Below are positions 27,924 through 38,104 of a stretch of 64,000 bases of DNA, piece after piece. Below the pieces are notes generated by a model. It was given only the letters and a program-made list of their open reading frames with translations, ran no database searches and was not told the origin of the DNA. Made by a program: the position numbers and the translations under genes. The stretch covers positions 124,001 through 188,000 of the IMG/VR virus record IMGVR_UViG_3300042549_005931. The stretch is one strand, 5' to 3'. Numbering within the stretch: position 1 is the first letter of the stretch; each line of letters begins with the position of its first letter.

Positions 27924-30817
27924 ACTTCAACTGCGTGTAACACTGCATCAGTATCGGTATTCCCGATAATTTCGTCTTCATTACTTACAGTACTCTCTGC
28001 TTGTAAAAGTAGAACCTTTCTATTATGGTCTACCCAATATTGGTCGGCAAGCTCCAAACTATCTTCAACATACATAAAGAATGGGTCACGACCTACTTTA
28101 TTCCAAAAGACAACCTCACTATCCGATAAGGTCATAACCTCATCAAACTTATCTTGACCACTTTCTTTAAGTGGATGACCATTAACAAGTTCACATTGTA
28201 ACTTGGTAAAGTATTGTCTATCCTTAGGGTCTTCAATAAGAATGTCTTCACGAATGCTTGGACTAAACGCAACTAATAAAGGTTCCACACGTTTATTAAA
28301 GTTTGTTAAATAACGAGGAACATTATAATCACCCAATAAATCGGGATTATTTGTAATCTCCTTTTCATCAATCATATAACAATTAACTTCAATATAACCA
28401 TCCGGCATTGGGTATCCGTTTTTTGCAGTGAATTCTTCTTGTTGTTTCTTTGTGGGTTTTGTAATTTTCTGAACATCACCCGAAGATTTCTTTTCACCGT
28501 TATTCACATAATAGATGGTATCACCAAGACCGGCGGGATAATCACTCATCATGATTAATTCCATATGTGCTTGTCTTGACATAAGAGACCCCGATTTAGT
28601 GGTTTTCTTTACATACTTCTTATACTCATCAATCGATTGTTTAACACGAGCCTTATTGGCAATCTTTGATAATGGAATCTCTTTATTGTAAATCTTTTCC
28701 ACATAATCATAATACAACTCAACAAATGATAAACCATCACCATTCAACAAGTACTTTAAACCCTCATCCAAAAACTCCACAACATATTGTTGTAACTTCT
28801 TTGATTTAATGGTGTTACCGGTCAATTTGATTTTCTCTTTACCTTTCTTAATCAACTTGATGATATAGTTCTTACGAGATACGTTAATACAAGATGGTGC
28901 GGTGTAGTCAATATCAAGACCCATTTCGTTTCGCATAAAGATATCATTGAATTCGGCGGTGTGTGCTTCAATACCACGATATTCTTTACCTTCCTTAACA
29001 AGTTCATTAAGACCTTTACCAATGTATACGGCATCTGCAGCACTTTCAGGTGTTTCAAAGTTTACACCGTCCGTATCCATTACAAGTGGTTTATATCCTT
29101 TTTTCATATAGAACATAATCATCATACGAAGACATTGACGACCGATACAAGTAATCGTTTCACCCGAATCCATCTCACCCCAAGGAAATACATGTGGTGC
29201 AGATAATGAACCAAAGTATGCGTTGATGAAAATCTTAATTGGTAATTGTTTACGGTCGTACATCTCAGCAGCAACGGGGTCACTATCCTTCAATTCACCG
29301 GCAAGATGTTTGTACTTAATACGAATGTTACGGAAATACTTCAACATAGATTTCTGTACACCCATAACATCACAAGCGGGAAACACATCATATACTAATT
29401 GAATTGATGGATATAAGGATGAGTAGTCAAACTTTACAATGTTCTTTGCATAACCCACATTTAATAAACGAGATAACCCACCCGTGAATGGTCGTTTAGA
29501 ATCTTTTGCAGGTATTGCCAAATTATTTTCATATGACCACGCTAACATGATAATCTTCCATAATGTTGCAGTGCCCATAGTCGCAATTCGCTCATACGTT
29601 GTTGGTACAAGCTTTGAAAGTAAGAATGTAGACTGAGAGAATGAGTCATCAACAATCATTGTCTCATAAAGGTCATCATCAAGATATTGTTCAACAATTT
29701 TTCTACCCGTCCATATTTCAAACTTGCCGGGGAATCTTGTAAGTAAATCCTGTGTACCAGGTTCACCAATCATTTTGTAACCACCGGTTTTTGGATTCAC
29801 ATAATAACTCTCGTTCTCAAGATATATTTCAGAAATCTTATTACCTTTTACATAAACCCGATTTGGTTTTTCTTTTTCCAAATATGTGGTAATATACTTC
29901 AAACCCCAAGATTTAATCTCTGAGTTGATTGCTTGTGCTCTACGAACAGAGTGTGCAATATCGATAATATTAAAACCCCAAATCACGTGTTGGACATAAT
30001 CCTCCATTTCATTAGCAAGTTTTAATACACCTTTCTTTTCTTTCATCCCCGTACCTGTCAAGATTTTAGTTAAACCTTGAACATCAACACCTAAAATTTC
30101 TGCACGTTTTAAGATAAATGGAAAGTCAAAGAATGCGGAGTTATAACCAGCAACGATTGTTGGTTTTAATTCTCTAATTAAATTAAAGAATCTTTCAATA
30201 CATTTCTTTTCACCATCTTCACCAAATGCTGGAATTGTTTCTTGTAGACCACGGTTATCCTTAACTCCAATCAAAATGATTTTACAAGTCTCAGGGTCTA
30301 AACCTGTAGTCTCAATATCGAATACAAATCGATACACATCAGCATAATCCTCAATTCCTTTGAATAATCGTTTTCTTGTTTGAACAAGATACTGTTCTAC
30401 TGGTGATAGGATAGTAAAACATTGTTTTGTGTGTTCACCCCAAGGGTCAATACCACCTGTTTTGAAGAAACTGATAAGGTCGGTGTATGTCTTGATACTT
30501 TTAACCAAGAATTTCATACCAGATTCAAGTCGTTCATCACCGTGAGTATCCAACTTATCAATGATGATACCGTACTTACCCATCATTTGTTTTTGTTTTT
30601 GCTTGGAACCACCGTAGAAATTAAACTCGGTTAAGTCACCAACCCACAAAAATGGAGTAAATGAATCTGATTTAACGATTTTACCCTTTTCGGGGTCTTG
30701 AATGATTTTTGAAATCATGTTTGTGGGGTAGTCATACTCGACTCCAACGATGTACTTCTCATCGTCACCCCCGTTCAGGAAGCTCTCGATAACCTCCTGT
30801 GAGATTACTTCTTTCAT
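27920..30817 (-). CDS. family B DNA polymerase
   Basis: ExoI FDIETTG, ExoII YNSAFFD, PolA DYSSLYPS, PolB KIFINAYFG, PolC DTDG. Confidence 0.96.
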   Translation of the reverse strand: MKEVISQEVIESFLNGGDDEKYIVGVEYDYPTNMISKIIQDPEKGKIVKSDSFTPFLWVGDLTEFNFYGGSKQKQKQMMGKYGIIIDKLDTHGDERLESGMKFLVKSIKTYTDLISFFKTGGIDPWGEHTKQCFTILSPVEQYLVQTRKRLFKGIEDYADVYRFVFDIETTGLDPETCKIILIGVKDNRGLQETIPAFGEDGEKKCIERFFNLIRELKPTIVAGYNSAFFDFPFILKRAEILGVDVQGLTKILTGTGMKEKKGVLKLANEMEDYVQHVIWGFNIIDIAHSVRRAQAINSEIKSWGLKYITTYLEKEKPNRVYVKGNKISEIYLENESYYVNPKTGGYKMIGEPGTQDLLTRFPGKFEIWTGRKIVEQYLDDDLYETMIVDDSFSQSTFLLSKLVPTTYERIATMGTATLWKIIMLAWSYENNLAIPAKDSKRPFTGGLSRLLNVGYAKNIVKFDYSSLYPSIQLVYDVFPACDVMGVQKSMLKYFRNIRIKYKHLAGELKDSDPVAAEMYDRKQLPIKIFINAYFGSLSAPHVFPWGEMDSGETITCIGRQCLRMMIMFYMKKGYKPLVMDTDGVNFETPESAADAVYIGKGLNELVKEGKEYRGIEAHTAEFNDIFMRNEMGLDIDYTAPSCINVSRKNYIIKLIKKGKEKIKLTGNTIKSKKLQQYVVEFLDEGLKYLLNGDGLSFVELYYDYVEKIYNKEIPLSKIANKARVKQSIDEYKKYVKKTTKSGSLMSRQAHMELIMMSDYPAGLGDTIYYVNNGEKKSSGDVQKITKPTKKQQEEFTAKNGYPMPDGYIEVNCYMIDEKEITNNPDLLGDYNVPRYLTNFNKRVEPLLVAFSPSIREDILIEDPKDRQYFTKLQCELVNGHPLKESGQDKFDEVMTLSDSEVVFWNKVGRDPFFMYVEDSLELADQYWVDHNRKVLLLQAESTVSNEDEIIGNTDTDAVLHAVEV

Positions 30818-30874
30818 ACTTTATTTGTTTAAGTGACACATTAGCTTACGGTACTTCCGTAGTTAGTCTTGATG

Positions 30875-30889
30875 TTACAAATATAAATA
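30875..30889 (-). promoter_or_regulatory. composite promoter TATTTATATTTGTAA upstream of DNA polymerase
   Basis: Overlapping TATTTATA and TATATTTG; the same 15-mer occurs upstream of bS21. Confidence 0.6.
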
Positions 30890-30904
30890 CAAAATATTAA
30901 TTTA

Positions 30905-31261
30905 TCAAATTACGTTAATGAATAGTTTTTCTTTGATTGGTGTAATCAATATATTACCGTCACTAAATGTGATTGTAATAATACCCTCAAATCTTCCTTT
31001 TACCGATGTGTGTTCTGTGGTAAATCTATGTGTGATATAATACTCGTCTGTGGTACTATTGAATTTTTTAGTTCTTGTTGTTACAAGACATGGACTACCC
31101 AATATTGAATACTCGTTTGTTCTAACGTCAAACATCTCGAATGTAATTGTTGCACCACTCTCAAGCATGTCGTTAAATGATGATTTATCATTTTTTCCGT
31201 CATCAATTAGTCTCATTTTTAATATTGGGTCAGTTGCTCCCTGTCTGATAAAAAATTCCAT
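30905..31261 (-). CDS. virion protein, BppU-N-like beta domain
   Basis: FFIRQGATDP.L...L.D and GRFEGIITITFSDG..LITP patterns. Confidence 0.55.
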   Translation of the reverse strand: MEFFIRQGATDPILKMRLIDDGKNDKSSFNDMLESGATITFEMFDVRTNEYSILGSPCLVTTRTKKFNSTTDEYYITHRFTTEHTSVKGRFEGIITITFSDGNILITPIKEKLFINVI

Positions 31262-31272
31262 ATTATATAATA

Positions 31273-32085
31273 TTATGTTAATCTAATTAAAACGTAACTA
31301 CCACTTCTATATAGTCCTTGTAATGGTACTCCACCAGCCGCGGCTGCCGCGTCATTTGTAAAACTTGAGGTTACATTTGATAATATTGTAAATCCGTCCG
31401 TTTTTAAATTATTATTTAATTTAAGACTGCCGCTAAACTCGTATGTGTAACCACTTGTTACTGAACCGGTATTAAAACTAATTGTTGTTCCCGTGTGTAA
31501 AGTTATATGTGGAGTTTGCCAATTACCCATCGTAAATAACTTAACTTTGGCAGGATGTTGAGAACCACCTAATGTTCCGACATACATGTCTTTACCGGAA
31601 TTTATTAAGTACGAGTCATTAGCCAAACCAACCGCACCACCATTATACGTTGATGAGTTAATACCCAAATCAACATAATGAATTATCTCATTACCATTAT
31701 CTGCGGTTAATACTAAATCCGTACTGGCAAATGTACCACTATTGGTGTTTTTAATGTTAACTTGTGCATATACTTGGTTATTTCCCTCAAAATGTGCAAT
31801 GTTATAACTTCCATTATTTTGAACATGTAATATTTCAGGTTGTATGTCTTGACCACTTTGAAATGACCCGGTACCAATAATTAAACTTGGTATCTTTCCT
31901 GTAATTGTTAAATCACCATTAATTGTTTGACTCCCCGTAAATGAGTGTGAGCCACTATCAACTAATGACTGTCTTAATATAGATAATGTTGATTTATATG
32001 TTGTGCCACCATGGACAATTGCCGTTACCCCACTTAATGGTGGTGCTAGTGAACTTGATAATTCCGATATTTTTTTACTTGCCAT
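31273..32085 (-). CDS. short tail fibre / virion appendage protein
   Basis: KKISEL N-terminus, FTGSQTINGDLTITG, and C-terminal NDAAAAAGGVP..GLYR typical of fibres. Confidence 0.6.
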   Translation of the reverse strand: MASKKISELSSSLAPPLSGVTAIVHGGTTYKSTLSILRQSLVDSGSHSFTGSQTINGDLTITGKIPSLIIGTGSFQSGQDIQPEILHVQNNGSYNIAHFEGNNQVYAQVNIKNTNSGTFASTDLVLTADNGNEIIHYVDLGINSSTYNGGAVGLANDSYLINSGKDMYVGTLGGSQHPAKVKLFTMGNWQTPHITLHTGTTISFNTGSVTSGYTYEFSGSLKLNNNLKTDGFTILSNVTSSFTNDAAAAAGGVPLQGLYRSGSYVLIRLT

Positions 32086-32098
32086 TTAGATAAATAGT

Positions 32099-33211
32099 TT
32101 AATATAATAATATATTATTGTCCTCAGTTAATAAATTTTCACTATTTTCAGATAAAATACCCACATCCGTGAACCCATTCAAAACGTCACTACATGTATT
32201 TGTAACATCGGTTATATTATAATATGGTTTAACGGATGTTAAATAGTTATGATTTATCTGTATTGGGTTTAGTGGCTCTTCATAATATCTAAATCGCTCA
32301 AACCTAAAAGATGTATCTGAAAATTCATGAATACCACCTGAATAAAATAATCCACCACCCCAAACGTGTTCAATAAGGTGTTCTCCATCCCTAACTGACG
32401 GTATAATCTCTTCCCAATTCTCTAATTTGTAAATTCTTTTACCGTTTACAAATATTGACAAAGTACCTAATCTTTTATTTCTCTCATTCCACCACTTTTC
32501 ATTTAACACCTCAATAAATGACACGTCTTCAGTTGCGCCCGTTAGTGTATCCATTGGATTACTAACAGTGACTCCGGTTATCATGTCATTATAACCACCC
32601 TCATTTGCAATATCACAATCTGTATATTCGGAATAACGTTTGAAAGTAATTGCAATGTTGAATATTAAGTTATTATTACTTAAAAATGGTTCTTCAAACA
32701 TTTGTTCAGTTTGACCTGATGAGATATAACTGGTTTCAGTAAATCCTGAAATGGTATTACAATATCCAGAATACCTATAAGATAACCACTCAATCCTACC
32801 ATCTGATGTAAATTTAAATGATAAATTATTATCTAAATAATGTTCAGGTTCAGATTCGGAATTAATACCAATATAAAACAAATTATTCCCATTAGACCAA
32901 GGTTGACCAAATTTATTAATTGTGGCATCGATTGTCCAACCAAGTTCAGTTCTTCTTCTAATAAAAAATTCACAAGTACCACCTGAGTATTGTTCATTAA
33001 TATCGTAACTATAAGGTAATAAAAGACCGTTAACACAGTTAGAATCAAAAACTAAAGAATCATAGGTTATTGTACCACCGGTGGTTAAATCCAACAAGTC
33101 TTTGTCATAATCCGAGTCTGTTTGAACTAATTCAAAGTCATATAACTCCGAATTGTCTAATTTTAAATCCAATTTAGACCCATAAAACTTTAAAATATTC
33201 TGACTATTCAT
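32099..33211 (-). CDS. putative virion structural protein, lectin/LamG-like beta sandwich
   Basis: GTLSIFVNGK...FRYYEEPL...I..NY pattern; six [ST]GxT motifs; late motif upstream. Confidence 0.5.
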   Translation of the reverse strand: MNSQNILKFYGSKLDLKLDNSELYDFELVQTDSDYDKDLLDLTTGGTITYDSLVFDSNCVNGLLLPYSYDINEQYSGGTCEFFIRRRTELGWTIDATINKFGQPWSNGNNLFYIGINSESEPEHYLDNNLSFKFTSDGRIEWLSYRYSGYCNTISGFTETSYISSGQTEQMFEEPFLSNNNLIFNIAITFKRYSEYTDCDIANEGGYNDMITGVTVSNPMDTLTGATEDVSFIEVLNEKWWNERNKRLGTLSIFVNGKRIYKLENWEEIIPSVRDGEHLIEHVWGGGLFYSGGIHEFSDTSFRFERFRYYEEPLNPIQINHNYLTSVKPYYNITDVTNTCSDVLNGFTDVGILSENSENLLTEDNNILLY

Positions 33212-33264
33212 ATTTTAATAAATATCTTTCATTTGGTTTGATATTTATATAAAAAATATATCTA

Positions 33265-34038
33265 ATGAATAATTTTATAAAACAAGTTATTGAGGAGAAA
33301 TTCGCATCAAAGGCACAACAAAGGTTTTTTTATGCTCAGGCAGGTGAAGGTGGAAAAAAAGGTAAGAAGTGGTCAAAATGGGCAAAAGAATTTTCTGATA
33401 AAACAAATTATGATGAAATACCTGATAAAGTAGAGGAAGAGGATATTGATGAGATTATTGACACTAATGGAAACATTGAAACTAGTAAATTACCAACAAA
33501 TTTTAATTCAAAACAAACAACATCAAAAAGAACTTCAGATGACAACCAAAAAACTCGAGCAAATATGATGGGTAATTACGGTACAACAGGTGTTCAAAAT
33601 TATAGAAAGTATTGGATGGAAAATAGAAAAATAACTAAAGGTGAAATACTTGAAGTTATGTTAGGTGATACATTAGGTGCTGATGAGACTATATTAAAGG
33701 ATAAGTCATATAAAGAAGCGTATGTATATTTTACAAAAGAATTAGGATTAACAAGAGAAAAGGCACTTGATAAAATGGCGGACTTAGGTTATAGTGAAGA
33801 TTTACCTAAAGGTCAGGTTATTATGGTTGAAAATCCTAAAAAATACATTGAAGAATATATCGACGAACTTTTAAAGAAAAAAAATAATAATGATGATTTG
33901 GTTTCTAAAGATGAAGAAATAGAAGAAGTTGAAATCAACCCGATAGTAAAAAGACAAATCAATTCATTAAAAAATAGCATGAAGACTTATGGTTTAAAAC
34001 CTGACCACATAATGAAAGGTTTAAAAGACGATGAATAA
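33265..34038 (+). CDS. hypothetical protein, putative internal head protein
   Basis: IKQVIEE tag followed by a basic KFASKAQQRFFYA module; TATTTATA at 33242-33249. Confidence 0.65.
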   Translation: MNNFIKQVIEEKFASKAQQRFFYAQAGEGGKKGKKWSKWAKEFSDKTNYDEIPDKVEEEDIDEIIDTNGNIETSKLPTNFNSKQTTSKRTSDDNQKTRANMMGNYGTTGVQNYRKYWMENRKITKGEILEVMLGDTLGADETILKDKSYKEAYVYFTKELGLTREKALDKMADLGYSEDLPKGQVIMVENPKKYIEEYIDELLKKKNNNDDLVSKDEEIEEVEINPIVKRQINSLKNSMKTYGLKPDHIMKGLKDDE

Positions 34039-34528
34039 AGAATTAAAAGATAGAGTTTTTAATATCCCACAAAATGTTTTAAATCAAATCAATCATACGG
34101 TTGGTGGTTTAATGGGTAAACATGCAGATGGATTAATGAGAGCTAAAAAACTTTTATCAGACAAAACTGTAACTTACGGACAATTAAAAAGAATTATTCA
34201 CGATTTACAAACAATTGATAAGGTTAATAATATTACAAAATATAATTTGGCGGGTGGTGATTTAATGAACACTTGGTCTAAACAATTTTTACAAGGTGAA
34301 AGAAATTTAGTTAGTAATGCTAAAGATTCAAGAAAAAGAGCGGATGATATAGGTAGTATAACTGGAGAAAGAAGAAATAGTCACTTATCTTCACATAAAA
34401 AGAAAGATAATTTTAGAATACCGACAAATCCATTAAAAAGTAATTCAGATAAAACATCGGTTTCATCAATAACATCAACCGGTTTATTCGAAGAAATTGA
34501 AAAAATTAAAAAATTAATTATTTACTAA
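34031..34528 (+). CDS. basic hypothetical protein with C-terminal LFEEIEKIKKLI tag
   Basis: Intact, translationally coupled ORF. Confidence 0.65.
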   Translation: MNKELKDRVFNIPQNVLNQINHTVGGLMGKHADGLMRAKKLLSDKTVTYGQLKRIIHDLQTIDKVNNITKYNLAGGDLMNTWSKQFLQGERNLVSNAKDSRKRADDIGSITGERRNSHLSSHKKKDNFRIPTNPLKSNSDKTSVSSITSTGLFEEIEKIKKLIIY

Positions 34529-34529
34529 T

Positions 34530-35201
34530 ATGGAAAACAAAACACAATTAGAAATATTGGCAGAACAATACAGACAAGAAGTCGTATCAAAAAATTCTTA
34601 TAGTTCAAATCAAATATATGATTCTAACAATCCTAATTCATTATCTAATGGTGATGAAAAAGGTAAAGGAGACTATAACGGACAAATAGGTTCCTCAATT
34701 GATATTCAAAACCGTATTGGCAACTTAGCTAAAAACACTTACAACGAAAATAGTATATACGATAGTAATAATCCAAACGCATTATCTACCGGAGATGATA
34801 AAGGTAAAGGTGATGTGGGTGGACAGGTTGGTTCTTCGGTTGATATTCAAAATAGAATTGCAAACCTATCTAAAAATACATATAATGAAAAGTTTTCATA
34901 TGACTCTAACAATCCAAACGCACTATCAAACGGAGACGATAAAGGTAAGGGTGAATTAGAAACAAAAATTGGTTCATTAACTGACATTAATTCAAGAAAT
35001 GAAGTTATAGCTAAAAACATTTATAATTCTGAAAACCAATACTCGTCAATTAATTTAAATGCATTATCTAATGGTGACGATAAAGGTAAGGGAGATGTTG
35101 AAGGAAGGGTTGGTTCTTTAACTGACATAAATGTAAGAACAGAAGTTGTAGCAAAAAATAAATATAACGGTACAAAAGGATATCCTGACTTTGTAATATG
35201 A
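34530..35201 (+). CDS. protein with four tandem 47-aa repeats
   Basis: Repeat KNxY..YDSNNPNALSNGDDKGKG...GS..DI..R four times plus a partial copy. Confidence 0.8.
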   Translation: MENKTQLEILAEQYRQEVVSKNSYSSNQIYDSNNPNSLSNGDEKGKGDYNGQIGSSIDIQNRIGNLAKNTYNENSIYDSNNPNALSTGDDKGKGDVGGQVGSSVDIQNRIANLSKNTYNEKFSYDSNNPNALSNGDDKGKGELETKIGSLTDINSRNEVIAKNIYNSENQYSSINLNALSNGDDKGKGDVEGRVGSLTDINVRTEVVAKNKYNGTKGYPDFVI

Positions 35202-35896
35202 TTTTAAACAATGTTGTCCTTAAAATAATTGAGGAACAAAATATTAATACAAGTAAAACAAGACCTATTATTAACGCGATTAAAAATAGGAACAAGATTT
35301 CTTTTTATTACAAAGGACCAACAAGACCTAAAAAAACAAGTGTTAAACCCGGTTATCGTATTAAAGCTGAAGTGGTTGCATTAGGATTAAGTAAAAAGGG
35401 TAATCTACTTATTAGAGCATTTGTTAAGCCACCATCTACCTCTAAAAAAGGATTCACCAAGACGGGATGGAGAACTTTTATGGTTAGTAGAATGAGCGGT
35501 TTACAAATTACGGATGATGTATTTAATGAAAAAAGACCGGGATATAACGAGGGTGATGATAGAACATTTAGTGTGACTTATGTTAAAACAGATTGGGGCA
35601 CTAAGAGCGAACCAAAATCTATTGAAAAACCACAGGTGGAACCAACACCACAACCAAAACCACCGGTACAGGAACCAACAACTACAGTAGAACCAGAAAA
35701 AACAGAACTACCACAACCAAAACCAGTTGAAAAACCACAGGCGGAACCAACACCACAAGAAGAAAAACCGGAACCTGAAGAGTTACCTCAACCAAAACCT
35801 GAAGAAAAACCATTAGAAAATCCTGAAGAGGATGAAGATGAGAATCTTATGGAAAATATTAAACGAATAAAAGGTTTAATGTTATTGTTAAATTAA
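35198..35896 (+). CDS. stand-alone WYL-domain protein with Pro/Glu-rich tail
   Basis: AIKNRNKISFYY..G.R.......LG....GN.LIRAF....GWRTFMVSRMSGLQIT matches the WYL fold; no HTH. Confidence 0.75.
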   Translation: MILNNVVLKIIEEQNINTSKTRPIINAIKNRNKISFYYKGPTRPKKTSVKPGYRIKAEVVALGLSKKGNLLIRAFVKPPSTSKKGFTKTGWRTFMVSRMSGLQITDDVFNEKRPGYNEGDDRTFSVTYVKTDWGTKSEPKSIEKPQVEPTPQPKPPVQEPTTTVEPEKTELPQPKPVEKPQAEPTPQEEKPEPEELPQPKPEEKPLENPEEDEDENLMENIKRIKGLMLLLN

Positions 35897-35920
35897 TTAT
35901 AATAATAAAAAAATATAGAT

Positions 35921-36535
35921 ATGTCACAGGGAAACAACGGATTAAAGACTGGTCCAATTTCAGCAAATGATTTAATGAGTAAATTAGCTAAGGCAAGTAA
36001 AGTAATGCAAAAAGTACAGGGAGGAGATTTTTCAAGAGGTAATGTTAACGAGTCTATGTTATCAGGTGGATATGATGATGGTGGTGAATATGCACAACAA
36101 TCATACACTCAACCACAATTACAACAAAACCAATATAGTGCTCCTGATTTTGACGTATCTAAAATTCAAAATTCTAAATTACCTGACGCAATTAAAAAAG
36201 CTATGATGGAAAACCCAATCTCTCAAATCTCTTTAGGTGAAACTCTTGACATGGACTTTGTAAAAGGTGCTAAACGGTTAATTGAACAAGAAAATCGTGC
36301 CAACAACCCATCAAAATCAAACCAACAATCTAAACCAGTACAAAATGTTGGTGGTAATATTGATATGAACGCAATTGCAGTATTAATAGAGAATACTGTT
36401 CGTAAAGTAATGGATGAGAAACTAAATCAAATCTTAACTGCACAAACAACATCAACAATTAATGAAAATCTTGTGTTAAAAGTGGGAGATTCAATTTTCA
36501 AAGGTAAAATTACGGGAGTTAATAAATCTAAATAG
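35921..36535 (+). CDS. hypothetical protein (204 aa)
   Basis: Intact ORF with VNE, LIE and INE sites and an IENTVRKVMDE helix. Confidence 0.7.
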   Translation: MSQGNNGLKTGPISANDLMSKLAKASKVMQKVQGGDFSRGNVNESMLSGGYDDGGEYAQQSYTQPQLQQNQYSAPDFDVSKIQNSKLPDAIKKAMMENPISQISLGETLDMDFVKGAKRLIEQENRANNPSKSNQQSKPVQNVGGNIDMNAIAVLIENTVRKVMDEKLNQILTAQTTSTINENLVLKVGDSIFKGKITGVNKSK

Positions 36536-36583
36536 ATTTGTTTTTTAATTTTTTTTGTTTATTATTGGTTTAATAGTAAACAT

Positions 36584-37810
36584 ATGTCAAAAATTAAAAT
36601 ACTCGCTATTCCATCGGATTCACACGGTGTTGGCAAATTCAGAATCTTAGACCCATACAAATATATTGGGGATAATTACATTGGTGATATTCACGTTGAT
36701 ATTTCATTTAATGTACCCAATACAAACGAATCTTTCAATGGATACGATATTGTAGTATTCCATAGTTTTATACATCAAACAACACACGAAGATAATATTG
36801 ATAGAATCAAGTGGTTAAAAAAAGAAGGTATTAAAACTATCATGGATATTGATGATTTTTGGTCACCGGACCAAAGACATCCAATGTATCAACAAATAGT
36901 TACATCAAGAATTGCAGAAAGAAAACTGGATATGTTAAGATTGGTTGATTATATCACAACAACCACACCAATTTTTGCAAAAACAATCCAGAATAAATTA
37001 AACACAAAAAATGTATTAATTTACCCCAATTCAGTTAATGATGAGGAACCACAGTTTAAACCAAACCCAATAAAATCAGATAAAGTAAGATTTGGATGGT
37101 TAGGTGGTTCATCACACTTACATGATATTGAATTAATGTCCGATGGTATCTCAACAACATTAGATAATCTTAAAGATAAGACACAATTTGTGTTATGTGG
37201 GTTCGATTTAAGAGGCTCCGTAACTGAAATTGATAGAAATACCAATGAACAAAGAAAAAGACCTATCAGACCAACAGAAACTGTGTGGTATCGATATGAA
37301 CAGGCGTTTACCAAAAATTATACATCCTTAGATTTGGATTATCGAAATTATCTACTTAATTTTACGGAGTTACCATATAACGATGAGGATAAAATTTATA
37401 GAAGAAGATGGACTCAGGATATTATGAAGTATGCTAACAACTACAATTATTTTGACGTGTCTTTAGCACCATTAGTTGAGTCAACATTCAACGCAAATAA
37501 ATCTCAGTTGAAAGTTATTGAGGCGGGTTTCCATAAAAAAGCAATCATTGCAAGTGAAACTGACCCTTATACATTAGATTTAATATCTGCAGTTGATAAT
37601 GGTAACTTTAATAGTAATGGTAACGCATTATTAGTTAACCCAAAACGTAATCACAAAGATTGGGCTAAACACATGAAACGTTTAGTTGATAATCCTAATA
37701 TGATTGAAGATATGGGTAATCGTTTATATGAAACAGTAAAAGACAAATATTCATTAAGAAAAACCTGTCAAGATAGAGTAGAATTTTTTAAATCAATTAT
37801 TAACAATTAA
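36584..37810 (+). CDS. glycosyltransferase, GT-B fold (GT4-like)
   Basis: DIDDFW, RFGWLGGSSHLHD, DVSLAPL...FN..KSQLKVIEAG. Confidence 0.88.
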   Translation: MSKIKILAIPSDSHGVGKFRILDPYKYIGDNYIGDIHVDISFNVPNTNESFNGYDIVVFHSFIHQTTHEDNIDRIKWLKKEGIKTIMDIDDFWSPDQRHPMYQQIVTSRIAERKLDMLRLVDYITTTTPIFAKTIQNKLNTKNVLIYPNSVNDEEPQFKPNPIKSDKVRFGWLGGSSHLHDIELMSDGISTTLDNLKDKTQFVLCGFDLRGSVTEIDRNTNEQRKRPIRPTETVWYRYEQAFTKNYTSLDLDYRNYLLNFTELPYNDEDKIYRRRWTQDIMKYANNYNYFDVSLAPLVESTFNANKSQLKVIEAGFHKKAIIASETDPYTLDLISAVDNGNFNSNGNALLVNPKRNHKDWAKHMKRLVDNPNMIEDMGNRLYETVKDKYSLRKTCQDRVEFFKSIINN

Positions 37811-37820
37811 ATAAACAATT

Positions 37821-38054
37821 ATGTATTACACAGTAACAGTTGGCTACGAGTCAGAACAATTAGACAGAGAAGGTAATCCACGTATCACTAAATCAAGTGT
37901 TGTGGTTGCCGCACAATCAAATGTTGAGGCGAACATCACCGCAACAAAATTCTTGGCAGAAGATATGCGTTCAAGCCATATCATCGATGTGAAGAAATTA
38001 AAAATTGATTGCGTAATTGATGAGAAAAATTACCCATCATACTACGAAAACTAA
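37821..38054 (+). CDS. small protein resembling Bacteroidota DUF4494
   Basis: YY.V.V.YE......G......S.VV.A.S.VEA pattern. Confidence 0.5.
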   Translation: MYYTVTVGYESEQLDREGNPRITKSSVVVAAQSNVEANITATKFLAEDMRSSHIIDVKKLKIDCVIDEKNYPSYYEN

Positions 38055-38060
38055 TAAACA

Positions 38061-38096
38061 AACACCAGTCGTTAATTCGGCTGGTGTTAATTTTTT
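38061..38096 (+). terminator. rho-independent terminator
   Basis: AACACCAGTCG-N6-CGGCTGGTGTT followed by a T tract. Confidence 0.75.
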
Positions 38097-38104
38097 ATTA
38101 AGAA

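Noticed and set aside
34590-35160. CRISPR-like or non-coding DNA repeat
   Set aside because: The 141-bp period is in frame, and divergence is consistent with a protein repeat
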